A stretch of 64,000 nucleotides of DNA from Deltaproteobacteria bacterium (GCA_016219285.1 JACRNJ010000051.1:5620-69619); one strand, 5' to 3'. Positions 1 through 10,999 are shown, counted from the stretch's first letter. Made by a program: numbers and translations. Notes: generated by a model from the sequence alone, not told the origin.

Positions 1-82
1 TAGCAGCTGCAACGGCTACAATGATATACCGCTCGCGTTTTCGCCTTTTATGTTCGTCTGTGAAAATTAGCTGCTCAGTCAT
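1..82 (-). CDS. 5' end of probable NtrY-like membrane sensor histidine kinase (runs off window)
   Basis: Reverse strand reads MTEQLIFTDEHKRRKRERYIIVAVAAA (basic patch then TM start); lies downstream of a DUF4390 gene, the usual context. Confidence 0.5.
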   Translation of the reverse strand, partial: MTEQLIFTDEHKRRKRERYIIVAVAAA

Positions 83-92
83 AGGTTAATGT

Positions 93-146
93 AAACAGGT
101 TTAGGCTAAGGCTGAGTAAAAGCTTAGCCTTAGCCTCAGCCTGTTT
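93..146. repeat. Inverted hexamer-array hairpin
   Basis: aaacaggtttaggctaaggctgag...cttagccttagcctcagcctgttt. Confidence 0.7.
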
Positions 147-147
147 C

Positions 148-726
148 TTACGGTACAAACTCCTTTTCATACCAACTAGTTTCATAATCCCAGAAAGATA
201 CGAAAAAGAGCATGTAGTTGAGTGGGAATGGAAGATTTACAGGATCCAAGGTGGCCTTGATTCTGATCTGATACGATTCTCCCTTTTTTAGCGCCGACTT
301 AACCACGATGCTATCACCGTTTGCCATGATTTTCTTTGCCTGTTCAATCTCTTTAACCCGTATAATGCGGGCAGATTTGGAATCTGCTTCTAATTGCGGC
401 TTTTCCCCCATCACAATTTCATATTCTTGTTTCAAGGTGTCATACTTTATAGTATGCCTGAATGTAATAGAGTTAACTTTCTCATTAAACCAGATATCCC
501 GTTTTCGGTAAAGTTCCACAAAAAAGGTAAAGCTTGTCGGTATACCACTTTTAATCCCTTCCTCTATCTCCTTTGTAAAGGCATTTTTTATCTCAAAAGA
601 TATACTGATATTGTCAGGAGCGCTGGCTACCGCAACCTTATCCACCGCAGCTTCCTTAGAATATGCCATAGGAGGGTAAAGATGCATATATATAGCTGCT
701 ACTATAAATAATATAGCCTTTAACAT
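148..726 (-). CDS. DUF4390 domain exported protein
   Basis: Signal peptide; EEGIKSGIPTSFTFFVEL, KYDTLKQEY and LPFPL...FWDYETSW motifs. Confidence 0.8.
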   Translation of the reverse strand: MLKAILFIVAAIYMHLYPPMAYSKEAAVDKVAVASAPDNISISFEIKNAFTKEIEEGIKSGIPTSFTFFVELYRKRDIWFNEKVNSITFRHTIKYDTLKQEYEIVMGEKPQLEADSKSARIIRVKEIEQAKKIMANGDSIVVKSALKKGESYQIRIKATLDPVNLPFPLNYMLFFVSFWDYETSWYEKEFVP

Positions 727-813
727 TGATATTTATGATACGCAAAATTAATATGAAAAGCAAGCGATGTACCTATTTTCTTACATATTTTCTACACCGA
801 TGGGCTATATTTA

Positions 814-843
814 TTGACAGGACATGCTCCAACCTGTTATCCT
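814..843 (+). promoter_or_regulatory. sigma70-type promoter of mobB-mobA
   Basis: TTGACA followed by TG-n-TATCCT just upstream of ATG 853. Confidence 0.5.
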
Positions 844-852
844 TTACACAAT

Positions 853-1506
853 ATGATTCCTATAGTTTCCATAGTCGGCAAATCGGGAAGCGGTAAGACC
901 ACATTGCTTGAAAAGGTGGTGGCTGAATTAACCGGCAGAGGTTATAAGGTTGGCACTATCAAACATGATGTTCACGGTTTTGAGATAGATTATGAAGGTA
1001 AAGACAGCTGGCGGCATAAAAGGGCAGGGGCGGCAACGGTAGTGTTATCAGGCCCTGGTAAAATAGCTGTCGTAAAGGATGTGGCTGAAGAATGGGACAT
1101 TGCAAGACTTGGTCTGACATTTATAGATGACGCAGATATTATAATAACAGAGGGTTATAAAAAGGCCGGCTATCCAAAGATAGAAGTTATCAGAAAGGCA
1201 AAATCCACAAAATCAATTTGCAGAAAGGATAAGAATCTCATAGCTGTTACGAGTGATATAAAATTTAAATGTAGAGATATGCCGTGTATTGATATCAACG
1301 ATGCAAAGGGCATTGCAAATTTTATAGAAAAGAGATTTTTGCAAAAGCAGGCATATAATGAAACTGTGGACCTGATGGTAAACGGAAAACATATAACCCT
1401 TAAGCCATTCATAGAAGGAATGCTTGTAGAGACAATAAAAGGAATGTTGAAACCTTTAAAAGGGTGCAGTAATCAAAGAAATATAGAAATAAGGATGAAA
1501 ACATGA
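853..1506 (+). CDS. mobB: Molybdopterin-guanine dinucleotide biosynthesis protein B
   Basis: VGKSGSGKTT P-loop, IKHDVH, GKDSWRH, EGYK; start moved to ATG 853. Confidence 0.92.
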   Translation: MIPIVSIVGKSGSGKTTLLEKVVAELTGRGYKVGTIKHDVHGFEIDYEGKDSWRHKRAGAATVVLSGPGKIAVVKDVAEEWDIARLGLTFIDDADIIITEGYKKAGYPKIEVIRKAKSTKSICRKDKNLIAVTSDIKFKCRDMPCIDINDAKGIANFIEKRFLQKQAYNETVDLMVNGKHITLKPFIEGMLVETIKGMLKPLKGCSNQRNIEIRMKT

Positions 1507-2108
1507 CTGCTATAATCTTAGCAGGCGGGAAAAGCAGCAGAATGGGCTTTAACAAGGCCTTTATAGATATTGGCGGACAAAATATTATCAATAGAACCAT
1601 AAGCCTGTTTAAAGAATTATTCGATGAGATTATACTGGTAGTAAACAATACTGCTGATTATGAAGAATTAGACATACCCACTGTAACTGACATATTTAAG
1701 GGCGCTGGCAGTCTTGGCGGCATATATACGGGCCTGTTTCATGCCTCATCCGAACATAGTTTCGTTGCAGCCTGCGATATGCCTTTCCTGAGCAGCGAAG
1801 TCATCTCAAGGATGATTCAGGTTTCAGGCAGCTGCAATGCGGCAGTGCCTTTCATTATGGGCAGATACCATCCACTCCATGCAGTCTATTCTAAAAAGTG
1901 CCTTAAACCTATTGAAGAAATGATAAAGAATAAAGACCTGCGCATTACAAATCTTTTCCAAAAAGTAAATATTAAAAAGCTTGATGAAAAAAACTGGCTT
2001 TTAAGCGAGCAGGTTTCATCATCTTTGGACAATATCAATACAAAAGAAGACCTTAACAGGGCAATCCAATCCTTAAATCGTTTTACTCCATTCTACTCCG
2101 ACATATAA
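1503..2108 (+). CDS. mobA: Molybdenum cofactor guanylyltransferase
   Basis: ILAGGKSSRMG, GSLGGI, ACDMPF, NINTKEDL. Confidence 0.93.
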   Translation: MTAIILAGGKSSRMGFNKAFIDIGGQNIINRTISLFKELFDEIILVVNNTADYEELDIPTVTDIFKGAGSLGGIYTGLFHASSEHSFVAACDMPFLSSEVISRMIQVSGSCNAAVPFIMGRYHPLHAVYSKKCLKPIEEMIKNKDLRITNLFQKVNIKKLDEKNWLLSEQVSSSLDNINTKEDLNRAIQSLNRFTPFYSDI

Positions 2109-2116
2109 CCTTTTTA

Positions 2117-2203
2117 CCCACCCCCACCCTAACCCTCCCCCTGAAGTGGAGGGAAAATAGTGGGTTCCTCCCCTTTCAAGGTGGAGGCCAGGAGGGGGAT
2201 GGG
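2117..2203. repeat. C-rich/G-rich double-hairpin palindromic element
   Basis: cccacccccaccctaaccctccccctgaagtggaggg...cctcccctttcaaggtggaggccaggagggggatggg; related copy inside cobB at 38303-38391. Confidence 0.8.
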
Positions 2204-2228
2204 ATTATGTGACGGAGTAGTATTACTT

Positions 2229-3038
2229 ATGAAAAAAAATAATGGACTTGCCAAACTTGTAGCAATTATGCAGCGCCTGCGCGGGCCAAAAGGCTGCCCA
2301 TGGGATAGAGAACAGACATTTGAAAGCCTTATACCATTTGTCGTTGAAGAGACCTATGAGGTAATCGGCGCTGTAGATGCAAAGTCCCCTGAAATGCTTA
2401 AACAAGAGCTTGGAGATCTCTTGTTCCAGATTATATTTATGTGCCAACTTGCTAAAGAAAAATGGGATTTTGGCATAGAGGATGTAATAAATGCATCAAT
2501 AGACAAGATGATAAGAAGGCATCCCCATGTTTTTGGAAAGACAAAGGCAAAAACATCAAAAGATGTTTTAAGGCACTGGGCAAGGATAAAAATGGAGGAA
2601 AAAGGGAGCAAAAATAATAAAGGTTATCTATCAGATATACCAGAATACCTTCCAGCCTTGCTCAAAGCTCACAAGGTAACTAAAAAGGCATCTCAAGTTG
2701 GTTTTGACTGGAGCGATATAAATCAGGTTTTTGAAAAGGTTGATGAAGAGACGGCAGAATTTAAGGCAGCATTAAAAAAGAAGAATAAAAAAAGGATGGA
2801 GGAGGAGTTCGGAGACCTGCTCTTTTCGCTGGTAAATGTTGGAAGATTTATAGAAATAAATCCGGAAGAGGCTTTAAGAAAAACAATCGGGAGATTTATA
2901 ACAAGATTTCATTATATTGAAGATGAATTTGCTAAAAAAGGAAAGGCTTTAAGCAATACATCTGCCATTGAAATGGAAAAAATTTGGAATGAAGCAAAAA
3001 GGAAAGAGAAAAATATGCGAGTCATATTACAAAAATAA
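2229..3038 (+). CDS. mazG: Nucleoside triphosphate pyrophosphohydrolase MazG
   Basis: LRGPKGCPWDREQT, ELGDLLFQ, RRHPHVFG, VGFDW; the longer ORF start lies inside a repeat. Confidence 0.93.
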   Translation: MKKNNGLAKLVAIMQRLRGPKGCPWDREQTFESLIPFVVEETYEVIGAVDAKSPEMLKQELGDLLFQIIFMCQLAKEKWDFGIEDVINASIDKMIRRHPHVFGKTKAKTSKDVLRHWARIKMEEKGSKNNKGYLSDIPEYLPALLKAHKVTKKASQVGFDWSDINQVFEKVDEETAEFKAALKKKNKKRMEEEFGDLLFSLVNVGRFIEINPEEALRKTIGRFITRFHYIEDEFAKKGKALSNTSAIEMEKIWNEAKRKEKNMRVILQK

Positions 3039-3119
3039 TTACACAGATTAAAATATAAATCTATTCAGTTGTTTTTAAATTCCTTCAACCTATTTTAAAA
3101 AATCTGTGTAATCAGGTAG

Positions 3120-3290
3120 TTACCACGATTTCCCCACAGCATGTGGATAAGTTGTTAGCAACAATGTGATTGCAAAAAAAAGAATGTGATTAAATAAGGC
3201 TTCCTGATGAATTGCATATTTTTTAATCACCAAATTCATATTGAAATTCAAAGAGTTATGTGATTCATAACCTATATTCAATTACATTCA
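3120..3290. promoter_or_regulatory. DnaA-box cluster with AT-rich flank (DARS-like)
   Basis: Perfect TGTGGATAA 3142-3150 facing TTCCCCACA 3130-3138, between convergent mazG and murJ. Confidence 0.5.
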
Positions 3291-3389
3291 TTTTTTTGTT
3301 GGTTTTATACCCTGGAATGGCATTACCTTGCGATGTATTAAACCAATTTTGAAGCGCTATTGCAAGAAAATGCAACTGCATCTTGGTGT

Positions 3390-4955
3390 CTATCGGTATT
3401 TACTCCATCTTTCCATAAACATGTTAGTTAAAAAAACCATTTCCGGGCTTTTAAAAAAACGGGCAAAGAGTAAATAACATATAACACCAAAACTTATTGC
3501 AAGAGATAGCACCAATAGTCTCAGGATAGTGATACCCCCGTCAGACCAATCAACAAGAAGAGATATAGCATAGACACTAATTCCCATCGGTATGGATGAT
3601 ACTACCACTTTTACAGCAGAATTCAGTATCTTTCTTCCACCGATTCCACCCAGCCTCTTTCTAAGTATAAGGAAGAGAAGCAATAGATTCACAATTGACG
3701 AAAGCGATGTGGCCAAAGCAAGACCGCCGTGTCTCAAAGGACCAATAAGCAAGAAACAAAATATTATATTGGAAACTACTGTTATACAGCCAATCTTGAC
3801 CGGAGTTATTGTATCCTTAAGTGAATAGAAAGCAGATACCAGTATTCTTCCACCGCCAAATGCGACAAGACCAATGGAAAAGAAGTAAAGGGCATAAACA
3901 GTTCCTTTAGTTGCTTCATGACCAAACTCACCCCTTTGAAAAAGCATGGTAACAATAGGTTCGCCAAGCGCTAGAAGACCTATAGTAGAAGGAACGGTAA
4001 TAAAGGTTACAAGCCTTATGGCGAAGGAGAGTGACTCTTTAAAACCTGGCCAGTCTTTCTTTATGGCATATTCAGACATGGAAGGCAGCACGGCAGTTGC
4101 AACTGCAAGCACAAAGACACCCATCGGGAGTTCTACTACCCTGTCTGCATAATACAAGTAAGATATGCTGCCTTCTTTGAGCCCGGAGGCAAATCTGCTT
4201 GTAATAAGGATATTTATCTGGCTTACCCCTGTAGCAAGAGAAGCCGGCAGCATAAGGAGAATTATCTTTTTTATGGCAGGGTCATTAAAATTAAAATCAA
4301 GCTTTGGAAGCATGTCATATTGTTTAAGGTATGGGAGCTGATAAAGAAACTGAAATATGCCGCCAAAAACTACACCAAATGCAAGGGCATATACCGGCTC
4401 TTTAAAGAAAGAGATAAGGAAAATGGTGGAACCTATTATAGACAGATTAAACCAGACAGGAGACAGGGCCGGCGCTGTAAAATGTTTTAACGAGTTTAAA
4501 ACCCCCATACTTAAGGCGACAAGACATATAAAGAAAAGAAAAGGGAACATCCATTTTGTTAAAGACGTAGTAATTGCAAGTTTGTTTGGGGTAAAACCAG
4601 GCGCCATAATTTCTACTAGCTGTTCCGAAAATATAATGCCTGCTATTATAATTACTGTTAATATAATAGTGAAAAATGTAAATGCCCTTGAGGCTAAAGC
4701 TTTTGCTTTTTCTCTGGAACCGGTGGTTAGTTCTTCTGTAAATACCGGAATAAAGGATATTGTTAATGCCCCTTCACCAACGAGCCTCCTGAAAAAGTTT
4801 GGAATCCTGTAAGCGATAAAAAACACATCCGCATAAGTACCTGCGCCTAAAAATGCAGCAATAACCGCATCTCTTATATAACCCAGTATTCGGCTCAAAA
4901 ATGTGGCGCCACCCACAATAGAGGCGGCCTTTGTTATGTTTTTAGTCTCTGACAT
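3390..4955 (-). CDS. murJ: Lipid II flippase MurJ
   Basis: SRILGYIRD, RIPNFFRRLVGEGAL, YADRVVELPMG; many TM segments. Confidence 0.95.
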   Translation of the reverse strand: MSETKNITKAASIVGGATFLSRILGYIRDAVIAAFLGAGTYADVFFIAYRIPNFFRRLVGEGALTISFIPVFTEELTTGSREKAKALASRAFTFFTIILTVIIIAGIIFSEQLVEIMAPGFTPNKLAITTSLTKWMFPFLFFICLVALSMGVLNSLKHFTAPALSPVWFNLSIIGSTIFLISFFKEPVYALAFGVVFGGIFQFLYQLPYLKQYDMLPKLDFNFNDPAIKKIILLMLPASLATGVSQINILITSRFASGLKEGSISYLYYADRVVELPMGVFVLAVATAVLPSMSEYAIKKDWPGFKESLSFAIRLVTFITVPSTIGLLALGEPIVTMLFQRGEFGHEATKGTVYALYFFSIGLVAFGGGRILVSAFYSLKDTITPVKIGCITVVSNIIFCFLLIGPLRHGGLALATSLSSIVNLLLLFLILRKRLGGIGGRKILNSAVKVVVSSIPMGISVYAISLLVDWSDGGITILRLLVLSLAISFGVICYLLFARFFKSPEMVFLTNMFMERWSKYR

Positions 4956-5111
4956 GCATATTGTACTTGTTGTAGCATATGATTACACTGGTTTGAAAAA
5001 GGTGTAATCAAAATCCTGTTAGCTAAAAATCCTTAGCTAAAAATCCTTGACAACTACGTATTAATAGTTTAAAAATATATGCTAAATTTCTAAATTTCAA
5101 TGGAGGATTAA

Positions 5112-5378
5112 ATGGCAACGCATAAATCAGCAATAAAAAGACACAAACAAAACCTGAAACGCAGGGCCCGCAATGCAGCTGTTGCATCTGCTATAAGAAC
5201 TGCAATAAAACAGGTTAAAGAAACTATAGCAAAGGGAGATAAAGAAAGCGCATTAACATCACTTGCAAAGGCCGCAAGGCTTCTTGACAAGGCAGTTTCT
5301 AAAAAAACCCTTCACAGGAATAATGCTTCAAGGAAAATATCCCGCTTTACAGCGGTAGTAAATTCTATTGCAAAGTAG
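5112..5378 (+). CDS. rpsT: 30S ribosomal protein S20
   Basis: MATHKSAIKRHKQ...LHRNNASRKISR; GGAGG RBS. Confidence 0.97.
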   Translation: MATHKSAIKRHKQNLKRRARNAAVASAIRTAIKQVKETIAKGDKESALTSLAKAARLLDKAVSKKTLHRNNASRKISRFTAVVNSIAK

Positions 5379-5452
5379 TTGCCCATTTATTGGCGTATTA
5401 CTCTGAATTGTCAGAAACAGGTTTAAAGACTGCCGATAAATCGGCAATTCTA
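5375..5452. repeat. GTAG-type REP pair between convergent rpsT and holA
   Basis: gtagttgcccatttattggcg ... gccgataaatcggcaattctac. Confidence 0.7.
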
Positions 5453-6451
5453 CTTTAAACACAATTCCATGACAAGCCTCTCCATCACCATATGAGGAGA
5501 CTGCCTGCCTGATTTCAAGGCTATATCTGCATGATGGAGTAATTGAAAAACAGTCCGTAGTCCTTCGTTGCTGAAATCTTTTCCCTGCTTGAGATATCCA
5601 TGTATATAAGTTGGAAACGTTCCCAAAGCCGAAGCAATGCTATTGACTGCAGCCCCGTTTTTCTTCATGGCCTTTACCCTCCATATCATACGAAACTGAC
5701 GGGCTATCATCCCCAATATCTTTACAGGCTCTTCCCCCTGTTCAATAAGTTTATTCAGGTTTATCATGCCTTCTCTCAAATTTTTCCTGCCTATAGAATC
5801 CGCCAGGTCGAATACCGTGTCAACTCTGCCGTTGGCAACAGATGTTTCCACATCTTTCCTTTCTATGCCTTCTCTTTCTCCTACAAACAATACCAGCTTG
5901 GCAATCTCTTGTTTTATATCCATCAGTTCACTGCCTGTTGCCTCTAAAAAGATGCCGATTGCATCATGGGTAATTCTTTTCCCCAGCCTTTGCGCCTCTT
6001 GTTTAATCCATGAAGGAAGCTCTGCATCCGAAGGCGGTTTAAAATGGAACAGGTAGTGAGCTTTATCCAGCCCTGAAAAAAAAGACAACCTCTTATCAAT
6101 TTTGCCTGCCGATGCAATGAGGATAAGACAGGTATGCTTAGCAGGGTCTTGCACATATGAGAGAAGCGCTTCTTGCTGTGATTTGGAAAGTGCCTCTATC
6201 CTGTTCACAATAACCAATCTCTTTTGAGACATAACCGGGAAGGTCTGGGCTATTGAAATAATATCATCCGCATCAGCCTCTTTTGCATCAAATGAATGGT
6301 AGTTCATATCCTTGAAAGCAGAAGATAGCATCCTGGCCTTTATGGCATTGACAGTCTCTTCCATCAGGTAACTGTCACCATAGATGCAGTATACAGGAAG
6401 AATATCCCTTCCCTTTTTAAGCTCTTCAATAATTGCGGTGCCGTTCAGCAT
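5450..6451 (-). CDS. holA: DNA polymerase III delta subunit
   Basis: PVYCIYGD, TFPVMSQKRLVIV, VFDLADSI, DIALKSG; leuS-lptE-holA synteny. Confidence 0.9.
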   Translation of the reverse strand: MLNGTAIIEELKKGRDILPVYCIYGDSYLMEETVNAIKARMLSSAFKDMNYHSFDAKEADADDIISIAQTFPVMSQKRLVIVNRIEALSKSQQEALLSYVQDPAKHTCLILIASAGKIDKRLSFFSGLDKAHYLFHFKPPSDAELPSWIKQEAQRLGKRITHDAIGIFLEATGSELMDIKQEIAKLVLFVGEREGIERKDVETSVANGRVDTVFDLADSIGRKNLREGMINLNKLIEQGEEPVKILGMIARQFRMIWRVKAMKKNGAAVNSIASALGTFPTYIHGYLKQGKDFSNEGLRTVFQLLHHADIALKSGRQSPHMVMERLVMELCLK

Positions 6452-6551
6452 AGATTGATTTACTACTACACAAGCAAGCCCAATCTTTATAAAGGCGAGA
6501 TGAATGGTTCTAGTTTCCAGCAAAGTTGCAGATGGATATTTTACTAAATTG

Positions 6552-7208
6552 TCAAAACCTCTCCAGCATCCTCTCCTTTATTAGCCTTGCTGTATCCCCA
6601 GCCATCTTCTTAACAGCATCCAGATCAGCTGTCTTTGTTGCATTTATATCTGCTGTGTTTACCTTAAAATCCTCATAATCTGTAATGTTCTTGTCTTCCC
6701 ATAAGACCTTTCCGTCACTCTTTCTCACAAGGTTTATCTCCAATTTAATGGTAAGCCTGTATTCCTGGATTACATCGTTGCTGTTAAAGGAAACAGGTGT
6801 TAGATTATAACCAATTACAGCGCCATTCAAGATTGCTTCAGCATTTTCATCAACAACCTTCGCAATTCCGCTTTTTACAAATTCGTTAATCAATGCAGTT
6901 GTGAAAATTGTTTCTATATCAGGTTTCTGCACATGATTTTTTAAAAATGGGATGGATATCGTTGACACGTTGCCAGGCATGCTTCCGCCTTTGCCGGCTA
7001 TATGATAGCCGCAGCCTGTTGAGACAGTGAGTAGTGAACAACAAACGGTAAACAGCAAAAGCAATGAATAGGTGAGAATATTTCTCCGTTTCCAATCTTC
7101 TCCGTTTCTCTTTAGCTTCATGCCTTTTGCCTTTTGTAGCTTGCCTATTGTATACTGCCTGCTTGACATCTGGCTTCCTGCTTCTGACACATGTCTTCTA
7201 TTTTTCAT
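6552..7208 (-). CDS. lptE: LPS assembly lipoprotein LptE (start uncertain; N-terminus built from heptamer repeats)
   Basis: Lipobox TGCGYH; QEYRLTI...GKVLW; synteny. Confidence 0.8.
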   Translation of the reverse strand: MKNRRHVSEAGSQMSSRQYTIGKLQKAKGMKLKRNGEDWKRRNILTYSLLLLFTVCCSLLTVSTGCGYHIAGKGGSMPGNVSTISIPFLKNHVQKPDIETIFTTALINEFVKSGIAKVVDENAEAILNGAVIGYNLTPVSFNSNDVIQEYRLTIKLEINLVRKSDGKVLWEDKNITDYEDFKVNTADINATKTADLDAVKKMAGDTARLIKERMLERF

Positions 7209-7212
7209 TCTG

Positions 7213-7372
7213 CTCCTGCTGCTACCTATGAACGGGATGTTCGCCGCAATCCCCCAATGGCCATAGAGGGCACGGCCAGCTATATTATAGTAATAAAACT
7301 ACTTACATGGGTGAATCCCAGCCATCCATGCTAAGGTTCTTCAATTATGAATACCGAAAATGCAGCAACATT
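7213..7372 (-). ncRNA. Candidate structured RNA (possibly 6S-like) between leuS and lptE
   Basis: Closing stem tgctgc/gcagca plus internal hairpins; no ORF; not verified with a covariance model. Confidence 0.3.
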
Positions 7373-7469
7373 TTCTGACAGATTATACTTTTTATAATAT
7401 CGGTAGGCAAGAAGAAAGATAGTTAAAATGCACGGAAAGTTTTGAGGTTTATAAATTGAAGCCAGCTTT

Positions 7470-10040
7470 TTATTCTATTACCACATTCAGTATCTTATTC
7501 TTCACATAAATCATCTTTTTTATCTCCTTGCCTGCCAGCCATTCTGTGATTTTTTTGTCCAACATGGCAATCTTTTCAACACCTTCCCGATCCATATCCA
7601 ATGGCACGTTGATGCGTCCCCTTACCTTGCCGTTTATCTGGACAACCACCAGCACCTCTTCCTTTCGCAAAGCTAACTCGTCATAGGCCGGCCACTGGGC
7701 TTTAAAGATATTTTCTTTTTTCCCAACCTCATGCCACAGCTCTTCGCACATATGCGGCGCAAAGGGAGAAAGAAGAAGCAGCAATATTTCAATGGCCTTT
7801 TTATATTCATAAGAATCTTTACTCTCATATTTTGAAAGAAAATTAATATACTCCATAAGAGCTGCTATGGCTGTGTTAAAGTGAAACCCTTCTAAATCTT
7901 CAGTTACTCTTTTAATAGCCCTATTCACCTCATATTTGAGCTCTGAATCTTGAGCATTTTCTTTTGCCCTTTGCCCCTTGCCCCTTGCCCCTTGCATTTC
8001 TGCCACCAGCCTCCACACCCTGTTTAAAAATCTGTGTGCCCCTTCCACTCCTTCATCACTCCACTCAAGGTCCTTTTCAGGAGGCGCAGCAAAAAGGGAA
8101 AATACCCGTGTTGTATCTGCACCGTATTTCTCAATAATCTTATCAGGGTCTACAATATTCTTTTTAGATTTGCTCATCTTCTCTTTAGCCCCTATTTCCA
8201 CAGGAGCGCCGCATTTTGCACAGTTGCCGTCCTTTAGCTCTTCAGGCAGAAGATAGCCGTGCTCTTTGCATTTTGTAATCTCCTTGCACACCATACCCTG
8301 TGTGAGGAGATTTATAAATGGCTCGTCAATATCTGTAAGTCCGAGATCCCTGATTGCCTTTGTAAAGAATCTTGAGTAGAGTAAATGCAGAACCGCATGT
8401 TCAACTCCTCCTATATACTGGTCAACAGACATCCAGTATTTAACAGCATCCTTACTAAAAGGGTTTGTGCCATCTTTTGGCGAGGTATATCTTAAGAAAT
8501 ACCACGATGAATCCACAAATGTATCCATTGTGTCAGTCTCTCTTCTTGCTTGCTTCCCACACTTAGGACATTTTGTTTTTATAAACTTATCTGACTGAGC
8601 CAAAGGAGAACCGCCTTCACCGGTAAACTTTACATCCTCAGGTAAAATTACCGGTAGATCTTTATAAGGCACTGGCACTATCCCGCAGGTGTCACAGTAT
8701 ATCATCGGTATAGGGCATCCCCAGTAACGTTGGCGTGATATACCCCAGTCCCTTAATTTATAACCAATAGATTTCTTTCCCATGCCCTTTTCTTCAAGAT
8801 GTTCTACGATTGCCTCCATTGTGTCTCTATTCTTCATCCCATTAAAAGGCCCGGAATTGACCATAATCCCGTCATCTACATAAGCCTCTTTCATGGTATC
8901 CGGACTTAACTCTTTGTCCGGCGGTTTGATGACAACAGCCATCGGAAGTTTATACTTCCTTGCAAACTCAAAATCACGCTGGTCATGGGTCGGAACTGCC
9001 ATAACAGCGCCTGTTCCATATTCCATCAAAACAAAATTGGCAGTGTATATAGGCATCTTTTTGTTGGTGAGTGGATTTATGCAGTATGAGCCTGTGAATA
9101 CGCCCTCTTTTTCCAGCAATGCCTCTGTTCTTGCGGTTCTGCTCTGTTTTTTTACTTTTTCTATAAACTCTCTCACCACCGGCCGCTGAGCACTCGTCAC
9201 TAATCGCTCCGCCATCGGATGTTCATGAGCAATGCTCATGAATGTTGCGCCGTAAAGCGTATCAGGTCTTGTGGTAAATACCTTTATGACCTCATTTGAA
9301 TTTTCAACTCCCTGCTTACCGCTTGTAGGGACAAGCTTAAAATCAACCTCAGCGCCTATGCTTTTACCAATCCAGTTTTTCTGCATAATCAAGACATTCT
9401 CAGGCCACCCTGGAAGTTTATCGCAATATTCTAAAAGTTCTTCGGCATAGTGTGTTATCTTGAAAAACCATTGCTCAAGATTTTTCTGTTCCACTTCACT
9501 GTCGCACCTCCAGCAAAGCCCCCCTTCCACCTGCTCATTTGCCAAAACAGTATGGCACTTGGGGCACCAGTTCACAGCAGATTGCTTTCTATAGGCCAGA
9601 CCCTTTTCATATAATTTCAAGAACAGCCATTGATTCCATTTATAATATTCAGGGCTGCATGTGGCAATTTCTCTGTCCCAGTCATAAGATAAACCCATCC
9701 TCTTTAACTGTTTTTTCATAAAGGCTATATTTTCATAAGTCCACTTTGCTGGGTGAACGTCATGCTGTATTGCGGCATTCTCAGCAGGCATACCAAATGA
9801 ATCCCAACCCATGGGATGAAGCACATTACAGCCCTTCATCCTTAAAAATCTTGCTGCCACATCCCCTATCGCATAATTCCTCACATGGCCCATATGTATC
9901 TTGCCTGAGGGATACGGGAACATCTCAAGGACATAATGCTTTTTCTTGGCCTTGTCTTCATCAACCTTAAATGCCTTTGTGTCTTCCCATATTTTCTGCC
10001 ACTTTTCTTCAATTTGCTTATGTTCGTATCTCTCCTGCAT
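7470..10040 (-). CDS. leuS: Leucine--tRNA ligase
   Basis: [13 protein letters not shown] (HIGH-like), KMSKS, FTTRPDT editing domain. Confidence 0.98.
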   Translation of the reverse strand: MQERYEHKQIEEKWQKIWEDTKAFKVDEDKAKKKHYVLEMFPYPSGKIHMGHVRNYAIGDVAARFLRMKGCNVLHPMGWDSFGMPAENAAIQHDVHPAKWTYENIAFMKKQLKRMGLSYDWDREIATCSPEYYKWNQWLFLKLYEKGLAYRKQSAVNWCPKCHTVLANEQVEGGLCWRCDSEVEQKNLEQWFFKITHYAEELLEYCDKLPGWPENVLIMQKNWIGKSIGAEVDFKLVPTSGKQGVENSNEVIKVFTTRPDTLYGATFMSIAHEHPMAERLVTSAQRPVVREFIEKVKKQSRTARTEALLEKEGVFTGSYCINPLTNKKMPIYTANFVLMEYGTGAVMAVPTHDQRDFEFARKYKLPMAVVIKPPDKELSPDTMKEAYVDDGIMVNSGPFNGMKNRDTMEAIVEHLEEKGMGKKSIGYKLRDWGISRQRYWGCPIPMIYCDTCGIVPVPYKDLPVILPEDVKFTGEGGSPLAQSDKFIKTKCPKCGKQARRETDTMDTFVDSSWYFLRYTSPKDGTNPFSKDAVKYWMSVDQYIGGVEHAVLHLLYSRFFTKAIRDLGLTDIDEPFINLLTQGMVCKEITKCKEHGYLLPEELKDGNCAKCGAPVEIGAKEKMSKSKKNIVDPDKIIEKYGADTTRVFSLFAAPPEKDLEWSDEGVEGAHRFLNRVWRLVAEMQGARGKGQRAKENAQDSELKYEVNRAIKRVTEDLEGFHFNTAIAALMEYINFLSKYESKDSYEYKKAIEILLLLLSPFAPHMCEELWHEVGKKENIFKAQWPAYDELALRKEEVLVVVQINGKVRGRINVPLDMDREGVEKIAMLDKKITEWLAGKEIKKMIYVKNKILNVVIE
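9309..9335 (-). repeat. 27-bp CTTGTCCC...GGGA element inserted in frame in leuS
   Basis: cttgtccctacaagcggtaagcaggga encodes LVPTSGKQG; other 27-bp copies at 42406, 53469, 63117. Confidence 0.85.
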
Positions 10041-10189
10041 TATTAATCTCTCCTGTTTGATAAGTTGACTTCTTCTTTTAACACAGCAACACAATTTATT
10101 TCAAATAAAATGATAAATATTGAAGACGGTGCCTTTGCCTTTTTCTTCCTAACCTGTTAATATGCGCAAATATAATAGAAAAAGCCTCT

Positions 10190-10447
10190 AAGACCATTTC
10201 ATCATACAGACAAGGGACAGGGAAAAACCTCATATTCATGAGACTCATGACTGATAGTGATTGTAAAAAGAGGGGAAGGGGTTTACATCTGGGTAAGGAT
10301 GAACTGCCTATGAAACGAGGCGATATTGCCTTTATTCCAAAAGGTGTATTGCACTACTTTGCAAATACAAGCAGCGAGCCTTCTGTTGCCTATGTGATGT
10401 TTATGCCGTTTTACGACGGTAATGACATGAATTTTGTGGATAAATAA
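10190..10447 (+). pseudogene. Frameshifted cupin-domain gene
   Basis: PHIHETHD, IVIVKRGEG and LHLGK...GDIAFIPKGVLHYF fall in different frames. Confidence 0.7.
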
Positions 10448-10480
10448 GACATAACCAGTTAAGAATTACTTCAACTCTTT

Positions 10481-10999
10481 TCACCCAACACTTATCATCT
10501 CCCTTACCTTCTCAATCTTTTTCTCTCCTATTCCTTTAACCTTTTTAAGGTCGTCAACTGTTTTAAAACCATCAAGCCTTTTCCGGGTTTCAATAATCTT
10601 TTCGGCCAAATTAGGCCCGATGCCGGGAAGGGCCTCAAAATCCTGCGCCGTTGCCTTATTTATATTAAGGGGAATGGCAAAGATGAGGCGCTTTTCTCCG
10701 CTCATGAAGCCTGTATCAGCAGAGCCATCTTTATTGATTGTAATCTTTGAGCCGTTTTTGATTTCTGACTTTTCCTTGGGCAATACATAGACCTTGCTAT
10801 TGCCAGAAGAGTCTTCTATTTCAACGATGGCTTGTTCTGCAGAGGATACAGTGGCGATATGGGCAGGCTCTTTATGTATGTAAAATTCATTCAGAAAATA
10901 AATGGCAGCAAGAAAAACAGCTATAATAAGGAGGGCAATATTTTGTGATTGGTCTTTTGCATTTATAGTTATAAATTTATCGGCGTCTTTAACTGCCAT
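10481..10999 (-). CDS. comEA: ComEA-like helix-hairpin-helix DNA-binding protein
   Basis: N-terminal TM; LNINKATAQDFEALPGIGP, LKKVKGIG. Confidence 0.8.
   Translation of the reverse strand: MAVKDADKFITINAKDQSQNIALLIIAVFLAAIYFLNEFYIHKEPAHIATVSSAEQAIVEIEDSSGNSKVYVLPKEKSEIKNGSKITINKDGSADTGFMSGEKRLIFAIPLNINKATAQDFEALPGIGPNLAEKIIETRKRLDGFKTVDDLKKVKGIGEKKIEKVREMISVG

Noticed and set aside
3120-3160. Chromosomal oriC
   Set aside because: Too few DnaA boxes and no dnaA, dnaN or gidA nearby; kept only as a DARS-like candidate.
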